A stretch of DNA of 64,000 bases from a bacterium (GTDB lineage Bacteria; Zhuqueibacterota; Zhuqueibacteria; Residuimicrobiales; Krinioviventaceae). Each line of letters starts with the position of its first letter. Position 1 is the first letter of the stretch. The stretch spans positions 1-64,000 of the forward strand of contig CAXXFV010000007.1 of assembly GCA_963674595.2 (NCBI GenBank). Reading direction: 5' to 3'. The notes under the pieces are model-generated. The model saw only the letters and a program-made list of their open reading frames with translations. It was not told the origin of the DNA and ran no database searches. Below are positions 56,822 to 64,000 of the stretch, one piece after another. The position numbers and the translations under genes are program-made.

Positions 56822-57619
56822 TTGTCGATAACTGGCTTTTTTAAAAATAAAAAAAGTAAAAAGAAAAAAATTGGATTAGCGCTCGGAGGCGGGGCTGTTC
56901 TCGGCGCTGTTCATGTCGGTGTTTTACAGGCCATTAAAGAGTATGATATAAAGCTTGAGGCGATATCGGGCACCAGTATAGGCGCTTTTATCGCCGCTTT
57001 ATATGCCTGCGGTAAGACCCCTATGGAAATTCAAAAAATAGCTGAAAAATTGAGCTGGTTTGATATAACTACTATTTCACTGTCTCAATTAGGACTCCTT
57101 TCAAATTCTAAATTTAAAAAAGTCATTGGCGAGACAATTAACAAAGCGACTTTTGAACAGACTGAAATTCCACTTGCAATGGTTGCTGCTGATATTTTAA
57201 CAGGAGAAAAGGTTGTTCTCAAATCCGGTGATATTGCCACAGCAGTTATGGCAAGCACGTGTATACCCGGTGTTTTTGTCCCTGTTGAACATGAAAACCG
57301 TTTGCTTGTTGACGGCGGCATTATGGAAAATGTTCCGGTTTCACCTCTTAAAGATTTAGGGGCTGATTATATTATCGGCGTTGATTTGTTTGCCAAACAT
57401 AGCTATAAAAAACCTCGTCACCTGGTAGAGTTGTTGGTTAATACTCTGGATATTACCATTATGAATGTATCAAACCTGCAAACCCGGGAAGCTGATGTTG
57501 TGATAACACCCGACCTTTCACATTTCAATTTGATTGATATAAATCAGGTAAAAGATTTGATCCGTATCGGATATCGCGAAGCGAGAAAAGCCCTGAATCA
57601 ACATCTGAAACAATTGTAA
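56822..57619 (+). CDS. Patatin-like phospholipase (NTE/RssA family)
   Basis: LALGGGAVLG, GTSIG, ASTCIPG, LVDGG. Confidence 0.93.
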   Translation: MSITGFFKNKKSKKKKIGLALGGGAVLGAVHVGVLQAIKEYDIKLEAISGTSIGAFIAALYACGKTPMEIQKIAEKLSWFDITTISLSQLGLLSNSKFKKVIGETINKATFEQTEIPLAMVAADILTGEKVVLKSGDIATAVMASTCIPGVFVPVEHENRLLVDGGIMENVPVSPLKDLGADYIIGVDLFAKHSYKKPRHLVELLVNTLDITIMNVSNLQTREADVVITPDLSHFNLIDINQVKDLIRIGYREARKALNQHLKQL

Positions 57620-58777
57620 TTGATTAATATGAGGTGTATGTTTAACATAATATTTTTATTAAAACTTTTATTACTAACAGGTTGTAATCAAATTGAACAA
57701 AGCGAGAGTTTGGTTAAAAGGCTTGATGGAATAAATATTGACTCTTTAATTTGTTACCAGGTAAACAACCCGGCAATTCCTGCCATAGCTGTTGGGGTAT
57801 TTGACGATGATACGCTGTTAACTTTTTCGCATGGTGTCAAGGGAATTGACCTCAAAGTTCCTATTGAAAAAGACGATAAATTCAATATCGGTTCATGTAC
57901 AAAAGCTGTTACTGCCTTTTTAGCGGCCAGAATTATTAAAAAAGGATTAATAAAATACAGCACCACAATAGGTGAAATTTTCAGCAGTGATATTTCAATT
58001 AATTCTTATTATCATAACAAAACGCTTGGAGATTTATTATCTCACAGAGCAGGAATTAGAGCCTTTACAGAGGAACATGAATTTAAAAATATTCCTAAAG
58101 AATTATATAAACCGGATGTTCAGAACAAAAGACAATTATTTTCAAAATGGGTTTTGACTTTGCCTCCCGTCGTAGATAAGAGGAAAGAATTTGTTTATTC
58201 AAACGCAGGATACTCTGTTGCTGCGAGTATGATGGAGGCTGTAACCGATAAAACATGGGAAGAGCTGGTTCAGGAAGAAATATTTGATCCTCTGAAAATT
58301 GAAGGATGGTTTGGATGGCCTCATTTATATTCTCCTCAACAAACAAAGGGTCATCTTAATCCACATGAATATGACTTGAAAAGTGAGAATAAACTCGTTC
58401 AGTTTCCCGACTCCTCGGACTATGATATTTCTTTTCTTGAGCCAGGTGGAAATATAACCTTATCTATTAAAGAATTTGTAACTTTTGTGCAAGAGCTTTT
58501 AAAAGGCATTGAGGGTAAAGGGACTTTATTAAATAATAAAGAATATAAAGATTTACTGGTTTCAAATTATACTTATTCAAATGGTTGGTATCAGTATTTA
58601 GTCAATAATCAATTCTATTTAGGCCATGAGGGCAGTAATGGACCGTTTTACGCAAGGGCTTTGATATGCAAAGGCCTGAACTATGGATTGGTTATTTTAT
58701 CAAATTCAGGTAATAAAGAGACAATAAATGGAATACAGCAAATTACAAATGATATAACCAGAGTGCTTGCAGAATAA
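57620..58777 (+). CDS. Serine hydrolase, beta-lactamase-like family (lipoprotein; start may be 57629 or 57638)
   Basis: FNIGSCTK (SxxK), LLSHRAG, YSN, GHEGS. Confidence 0.88.
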   Translation: MINMRCMFNIIFLLKLLLLTGCNQIEQSESLVKRLDGINIDSLICYQVNNPAIPAIAVGVFDDDTLLTFSHGVKGIDLKVPIEKDDKFNIGSCTKAVTAFLAARIIKKGLIKYSTTIGEIFSSDISINSYYHNKTLGDLLSHRAGIRAFTEEHEFKNIPKELYKPDVQNKRQLFSKWVLTLPPVVDKRKEFVYSNAGYSVAASMMEAVTDKTWEELVQEEIFDPLKIEGWFGWPHLYSPQQTKGHLNPHEYDLKSENKLVQFPDSSDYDISFLEPGGNITLSIKEFVTFVQELLKGIEGKGTLLNNKEYKDLLVSNYTYSNGWYQYLVNNQFYLGHEGSNGPFYARALICKGLNYGLVILSNSGNKETINGIQQITNDITRVLAE

Positions 58778-58843
58778 CTGTGTAATTGAAATATTTTCAG
58801 TTCGTTTTTAAATATCAAAATTAAAGGAGTCGTTTAACACGTT

Positions 58844-59581
58844 ATGAAAAGAAATCTTTTTCTAGTGATTATATCTGTAATGTTTTTGGGGACAGCTTTA
58901 GCAGAGGACATATACAAATATCCGGATTATGAAAAATTTTCAGAAAAATATCCCCAACGTTTTAAAAATACAGCACAAAATGTTCTTGCACCGGCCTATC
59001 CCTATCTGGCAGAATATCTTGTGGACCGGTATTCTCTCAAAGACAAGTCCGGTATCGGCATCGATATCGGCGGCGGGTCAGGTAATGTGGTCCTCGAACT
59101 CGTAAAAAAAACGGAAAAGTTTTATTGGATCAGCACCGATATTAACACCTATTTTTTTGAAATAATATGTAAAAATGCGGCAGAACAGTCACTTGCTCAT
59201 CGTCTTGGTATTGTTTTCGCCGATGCGCATTGTTTGCCTTTTAAGGACAATTATGCGGATATCGTTGTTTCCCGAGGATCATTTTGGATATGGAAAAATA
59301 AGGAACTGGCCTTTTCCGAAATTTACCGGGTATTAAAACCGGGTGGAACCGCTTTTATCGGCAGGGGTTTTACCGACAATATGCCGCTGAAAGTCGCACG
59401 ACAGATTCGTGAAAAACAAGGCAAAAAATCCCTGAATTACGATCCGGATGAAACAGCCAAAGAACTTGCAGCCATTATGGAAAAGCTAGGAATTGAGAAT
59501 TATAAAATCCATCGGCCAAAGAGTGAGCAGAAAGAAGTGAGCTATGGAGTATGGGTGGAATTTTCAAAATCCGGCAATTAA
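58844..59581 (+). CDS. Class I SAM-dependent methyltransferase with N-terminal signal-like peptide
   Basis: IDIGGGSG, LPFKDNYADIVVSRGS, EIYRVLKPGG. Confidence 0.88.
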   Translation: MKRNLFLVIISVMFLGTALAEDIYKYPDYEKFSEKYPQRFKNTAQNVLAPAYPYLAEYLVDRYSLKDKSGIGIDIGGGSGNVVLELVKKTEKFYWISTDINTYFFEIICKNAAEQSLAHRLGIVFADAHCLPFKDNYADIVVSRGSFWIWKNKELAFSEIYRVLKPGGTAFIGRGFTDNMPLKVARQIREKQGKKSLNYDPDETAKELAAIMEKLGIENYKIHRPKSEQKEVSYGVWVEFSKSGN

Positions 59582-59597
59582 TTTACTAATTGCCGGA
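59570..59597. terminator. Hairpin between convergent genes
   Basis: TCCGGCAATTA-atttac-TAATTGCCGGA. Confidence 0.55.
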
Positions 59598-59609
59598 CAG
59601 GTTAAAATA

Positions 59610-60641
59610 CTATTTCTGATATTCTAAAAAACATTCATACATGGCAATAACATTATCAAGCGGGGTTTCCGGCATAACGCTGTGACTGGGGCCGCCGATA
59701 TAGCCGCCGTTAAATGAACCGAATAACTCGATCAGTTTTTTAACTTCATCCTTAACGTCCCGGGGGGTGCCGGTAATAAGCGTTCCCTGAACATCCACAC
59801 CGCCGTAAAAACATACCTTGCCGCCAAACTCTTTTGCCAGTGTCTCCACATTCATGGCCTGAGGCTGGACCGGATTAAGCACATTTAAACCAATATCAAT
59901 AAGGTCCGGTAAAATAGACTGAATATTTCCGCACAAGTGCATCCACACATGTGTTCCGCTTGATAAAACCCGGTCAAAAAGTTTTTTATAGGTGGGTTTG
60001 TAATATTTTCTCCAGTCTTCGGGATTTATCAGCAAACCCTTTTGGCTGCCCCAGTCATCTGAAAAAAAGATACCGTCAACTTTTCTTTCCAGCCATCTGT
60101 CAATAATTTCCAGAGTATAGTCAGTGATTTTATCGCGCAAATAGCAGAATTCCCTTTCATAAAGATAAGGGTCGATCAACATGTTTTCAAATCCTCTAAG
60201 CATCCACATTCTTTCAAAAAGTGTAAACCACACCGACGCCCGCACATAACGATCACCACGTTTTTCGAGAATAGGATCAACCTCATCAAAACGGTCATTG
60301 TTTGTGGCAGAAGGGAATGGATAGGAATCCAGCACGTGATAGCCTTCAACCAAAGGAAATTGTTCTGCTTTTGCTCCGAAACCATCATCTTCCCAGCCGG
60401 TTCCCCATTCATCCACCCAGGTTTTCATATTGTTGGTGGTTACAGGTTCTGTTTGATTTTGTGCTACATGAATGTCGACAATGATGTCGTCTTTAATCTG
60501 TTGCTGCAGTGACCTGATATAGTTTTTTTTGTCTGCATTATCTTCGGAAAGCCATGAAAGATCTGTGTTCAATATTGCTGGAATATATTCCGGTTTTTGA
60601 AACTGGATGGAACGGGTATAGTTCTCTTTTCCTGAAATCAT
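59610..60641 (-). CDS. Uroporphyrinogen decarboxylase (URO-D/MtaA/CmuA) superfamily protein
   Basis: DEWG, LFERMWMLRGFEN, SDDWGSQ, HLCGN, LNPVQP, FYGGVDVQ, GGYI..PSH...PETP. Confidence 0.88.
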   Translation of the reverse strand: MISGKENYTRSIQFQKPEYIPAILNTDLSWLSEDNADKKNYIRSLQQQIKDDIIVDIHVAQNQTEPVTTNNMKTWVDEWGTGWEDDGFGAKAEQFPLVEGYHVLDSYPFPSATNNDRFDEVDPILEKRGDRYVRASVWFTLFERMWMLRGFENMLIDPYLYEREFCYLRDKITDYTLEIIDRWLERKVDGIFFSDDWGSQKGLLINPEDWRKYYKPTYKKLFDRVLSSGTHVWMHLCGNIQSILPDLIDIGLNVLNPVQPQAMNVETLAKEFGGKVCFYGGVDVQGTLITGTPRDVKDEVKKLIELFGSFNGGYIGGPSHSVMPETPLDNVIAMYECFLEYQK

Positions 60642-60791
60642 TTTTCCTCCGAATGAATAGTCGTGTGGTGTGGATTAAAATAAAAGGAAATTCTACGAAT
60701 ATATCATTTAAAAAGCAAATAATTTGATTGTGAAATGAGATAATTTTTAACTTAAAATAAGGAGCTTGGATGGCAGGAAACAGGATATAAT

Positions 60792-60825
60792 AAAAAAGAG
60801 CCTTTTTAAAAAAGGCCCTTTTTTT
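60792..60825. terminator. Probable terminator downstream of the dipeptidase gene
   Basis: AAAAAAGAGCCTTTTT...AAAAAGGCCCTTTTTT. Confidence 0.6.
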
Positions 60826-60856
60826 ATAAAATTTTTATAAAACAGGCTATATACTA

Positions 60857-62491
60857 CTATTCCTTTTTTTCGAGCTCTTTCATTTCAAAATGATCGCCTG
60901 TTTCATTAACAATTTTTTTATACCATGAAGCAGGGTATCCCGGATGTTTCACTTTGCCATGTTCATTTTTTACATTACCGTCCAGGAATTTATAAATTAA
61001 AAATTCACCCAGTTTTTTCCAGCGTTTAACCGTTTCGTTCCCGGTTGTTACGCTATAGTTTGTTAAATAATCAATCGCCAGTTGTGGTGATTGATTAAAA
61101 AGGGCCAGTGCTGCTTTATCGACGTTTCTAGTTTCAGCGGCAAATTTTCCTTCAAGTTGGCGTTGTACTTTTTGTACTTCCAGGATCATGTCGCTGTATC
61201 GTAAATAGGTATAATTTGAAACGAAATTAAAAACCCAGAAGGCGGATTCCCAGGTAAAATGCTGAAAATCCCCGGTCCCTACGGCATAACTTTCCGGTAT
61301 TCTATTGATCCCACAGTACATGGGTACATAGACAGTACTGTAGGTATCATCAACGCTGAACCACAGGATGCCGCCAATCGGGTCCGGCAACCATGATCTT
61401 GCCTGTGCAACAAAAGAAAACCCGGTTTGCTGGGTGGAAGTAGCGCGTTCATTACAGTATTTAACACTGTCAACAGACCATGTAAGAGGTCGCCATCGGT
61501 AGGGTAATTTATAGGGGCCGGCGCCAATGTCTTTGGTCATATCATAATCCGAACCTTCAAAATGGTCCCGCATCAATTCCATTACATCTCTGGATGAAAG
61601 TTTGTTGTCCGGTTTTATCCATAAAGGCATTGGTTTCGCATTGGGTACACCTTTAACATAATCCATGGAAAGATTTAAAGATGGTGCCGCCCTGTTGAAC
61701 ATACTCCAGACGCGTGCTTCACAAAAACGTAACGCACCATAATCAACCGGAGCATAGGCTTGAAAAAAACTAAAATCCTTGTCTTTACCATCAAACCAGC
61801 CTTTATCACGGGCCAGTTGGATGACATCTTTTTCATATAAACAGTTTTCAGGATCGTTAAGCGGGAATTGACTGATTCGGGCCTGATTGGCATGTGCACA
61901 GATATAACCATCCGGTATTTTTCGGGCAACCCACACGGCGCCTTTTTGCTCCGGTCCTTTGCCGATTATTTCCATAATCCAGACTTCATTGGGATCGGAA
62001 ATAGAAAAAGATTCTCCGGAACTATAGTAACCATATTCTGCCACCAGTTCGCCTATTATTTCGACTGCCTGGCGTGCTGTTTTTGCCCGCTGCAGGGTAA
62101 TATACATCAAACTTCCGTAATCCAAAATTCCTTTTGGATTTTTTAATTCCGATCTGCCGCCATAGGTTGTTTCACCGATGGATACCTGATGTTCATTCAT
62201 ATTGCCGACAACAGAATAGGTGTTTTCAACCTGTTTAATTTGACCGAGATACTTGCCTGTGTCCCATTCGTAAATATCGAGCATTTCATCCTTCAGATGG
62301 GTCGCAGCAGGTGTATAATATAACTCACCATACAGAACGTGAGAGTCCGCAGCATAAGTTATCATTGTTGATCCGTCAGCCGATGCGCCTTTTGTGATAA
62401 GAAAGTTGGTGCAGGGAAATAGCAATGTCGTATTGATAAACTGAAATACCATAATCAGCAGTGAATAAGAAAAAAAACGTCGCATTATCAA
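60857..62491 (-). CDS. C69 family dipeptidase (Ntn-hydrolase), secreted
   Basis: Signal peptide then CTN nucleophile; GASADGS, NMNEHQVSIGETT, LQRAKTAR, HANQARI, RDHFEG. Confidence 0.92.
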   Translation of the reverse strand: MIMRRFFSYSLLIMVFQFINTTLLFPCTNFLITKGASADGSTMITYAADSHVLYGELYYTPAATHLKDEMLDIYEWDTGKYLGQIKQVENTYSVVGNMNEHQVSIGETTYGGRSELKNPKGILDYGSLMYITLQRAKTARQAVEIIGELVAEYGYYSSGESFSISDPNEVWIMEIIGKGPEQKGAVWVARKIPDGYICAHANQARISQFPLNDPENCLYEKDVIQLARDKGWFDGKDKDFSFFQAYAPVDYGALRFCEARVWSMFNRAAPSLNLSMDYVKGVPNAKPMPLWIKPDNKLSSRDVMELMRDHFEGSDYDMTKDIGAGPYKLPYRWRPLTWSVDSVKYCNERATSTQQTGFSFVAQARSWLPDPIGGILWFSVDDTYSTVYVPMYCGINRIPESYAVGTGDFQHFTWESAFWVFNFVSNYTYLRYSDMILEVQKVQRQLEGKFAAETRNVDKAALALFNQSPQLAIDYLTNYSVTTGNETVKRWKKLGEFLIYKFLDGNVKNEHGKVKHPGYPASWYKKIVNETGDHFEMKELEKKE

Positions 62492-62576
62492 TTCTTCCTT
62501 TAGTGTTTTGTGTTGGTCAGGAAATGTACAATTTCGGTTTTTAGATTTTATTTAAAAATGTGGTTTAGAGCACCTA

Positions 62577-63110
62577 TCAGCCAGTATAGGGAGAAACGGT
62601 CACAGTCACATTTACGGCATCGGCAACATCCTCCAACTCTTCTTTCCATTTGTGATAGGGCAGGTCAGGAGGAGCTACAACAATAGCCTTTAACGTGAAA
62701 AGAGAGGTTCCGCTCATTGGGGCTGGAACCATACTGGTATCAACAGATTCCAAATTAATTCCCTTATTGGCCAAATAACTTGTAACACGGTATATAATTC
62801 CCTCGTGGTCGCCACCCTTAACTTCAACCTGGTAAGGAATCCACCCCGAATATTTTTGTGACGAAATAATGTCTGTTTCCCGAATGGTTATTAAAAAACC
62901 TTCACTTACAAGCTTTAACAGACTTTTTTGCAATTTTTCCTGTTTTTCAGGATCAACGGCAATCAGCATCAAAACAGCAAATTCACCACCCAGATGCGCC
63001 ATTTTACTTGATTCCACATTGCCATTGTAGGATAAAATAATTTCCGTGATATGTTCAACAATACCAATTCGGTCAGGACCGGTTAATGTTAGAACAAGGT
63101 GCATGCCCAT
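62577..63110 (-). CDS. GcvR-like double ACT-domain protein
   Basis: LTGPDRIGIV...GNVESSKMAHLGGEFA; second ACT GGDHEGII. Confidence 0.85.
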   Translation of the reverse strand: MGMHLVLTLTGPDRIGIVEHITEIILSYNGNVESSKMAHLGGEFAVLMLIAVDPEKQEKLQKSLLKLVSEGFLITIRETDIISSQKYSGWIPYQVEVKGGDHEGIIYRVTSYLANKGINLESVDTSMVPAPMSGTSLFTLKAIVVAPPDLPYHKWKEELEDVADAVNVTVTVSPYTG

Positions 63111-63249
63111 ATTTTTTTCTCCCTTTTGTCCGTGTATAAAAAAATATAATTGCTGATATTTTTATTTGTCAAACAATGTACAAGTCTAAAATGTTTTATT
63201 CAATAATTTTAATTGAAAAGAATAAATTAGAGCAGATTTTAAAAAGTGT

Positions 63250-64000
63250 TTAGATAGATAGGGGAGTTTCATAATGTTGAGGAAATTTGATTTTAAATAA
63301 TGTACCGTTATCCCGAATGATTTTTATTTGCCCCTCCAGTTGATTTACGAGAATAGAGACAAGTTTTAAACCTAATGAATCGGCATGATCCAGGTCTATA
63401 TCTGCCGGTAAACCAATCCCGTCGTCTTTAACAATTAACTCAATTTGGTTATTGCTTGTAAAATTGAGAGAAATAAATATACTTCCTTTTTGGTGCGGGA
63501 ATGCATAAGTCAGAGCATTTGTAAATAACTCGTTTATTATTAAACCGCATGGTATCGCTTTATTTATATCCAGGAAAATATCTTTTGTATCCAGAATTAT
63601 TGAAATTTCATTATTATAATTATATAATTGATTCAGTTCTTTAGACATGGTGTCGATATAGTCTTTAAAGTTGATTTCTGAAAAGTCATCGGATTGATAC
63701 AATTTATCGTGGACATGCGCCATAGACCGAATACGGTCCTGACAAATTTTTAAAGCATGACCGGTAAGATTTTTTGTGCTTGAATTCAAAAGTTGGAGAT
63801 TTATAAGACTTGTTATGATATTCAGGTTGTTTTTGACTCTGTGATGTATCTCTTTTAGCAGGATTTTTTTTTCGTCCAGGCTCTTTTTAATATGCAGTTC
63901 TGTTTTTTTACGTTCTGTAATGTCCCTTAAAATACCTTGTATCGCGACACCTTTTTTATAAGAAACGAGAGAAACAGAAACCTCCACTTCTATTTTTTTA
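63250..64000 (-). CDS. PAS-domain sensor histidine kinase (HisKA_2 type), partial (5' end outside the window)
   Basis: RDITERKK, LLKEIHHRVKNNL, GLIINELFTNA, DDGIG, SLGL. Confidence 0.92.
   Translation of the reverse strand, partial: KKIEVEVSVSLVSYKKGVAIQGILRDITERKKTELHIKKSLDEKKILLKEIHHRVKNNLNIITSLINLQLLNSSTKNLTGHALKICQDRIRSMAHVHDKLYQSDDFSEINFKDYIDTMSKELNQLYNYNNEISIILDTKDIFLDINKAIPCGLIINELFTNALTYAFPHQKGSIFISLNFTSNNQIELIVKDDGIGLPADIDLDHADSLGLKLVSILVNQLEGQIKIIRDNGTLFKIKFPQHYETPLSI

Noticed and set aside
57620-58777. True beta-lactamase resistance gene
   Set aside because: SxxK, YSN and GHxG are shared by the broad serine hydrolase family; nothing specific to class C enzymes was seen.
57620-58800. 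Integron cassette with attC (gene ends in GCAGAATAAC), and a similar GTTAGTG near 40592
   Set aside because: No matching paired core site or L-box stem could be built, and there is no integrase.
59610-60641. hemE (true uroporphyrinogen decarboxylase)
   Set aside because: Lacks the N-terminal MRQAGR motif and has no tetrapyrrole gene context.
1466-62146. Numerous 60-170 aa ORFs overlapping or antisense to the called genes (e.g. 13987-14502, 20225-20644, 21584-22054, 29460-29933, 50844-51299)
   Set aside because: They are shadows of well-supported genes, with no motifs or RBS support.

Overview
A 64-kb low-GC bacterial chromosomal window, probably from an FCB-group anaerobe such as KSB1 or Calditrichota. 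The lineage is inferred from secreted proteins ending in a 'QNYPNPFNP' C-terminal sorting domain, an S16 with a long C-terminal tail, and [FeFe]-hydrogenases. From left to right it holds: a partial Na+/solute symporter; two long-chain acyl-CoA synthetase paralogues flanking a lone AgmX/TonB-C protein, an AIR-synthase-like gene and the ffh-rpsP-rimM-trmD-rplS operon; an orphan pgsC; a GH78 rhamnosidase; a LacI-controlled catabolic cluster of unknown substrate with visible operators (ASPIC/UnbV secreted protein, SSF transporter, (alpha/alpha)-barrel protein, ceramidase-fold protein, cupin); an unusual mmsA-phnW-phnX operon with its own palindromic operator; a co-oriented accessory tract (methyltransferases, GNATs, gene remnants) containing a RAYT with an in-frame REP palindrome and an IS200-type tnpA bracketed by five covarying hairpin repeats; a TPR-CtpA-DUF4349 unit; a rex-led hfs-type [FeFe]-hydrogenase sensing operon with a Rex box inside its promoter; and assorted hydrolases. 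No rRNA, tRNA or CRISPR array was seen. All calls come from reading motifs by eye; no database search was run.
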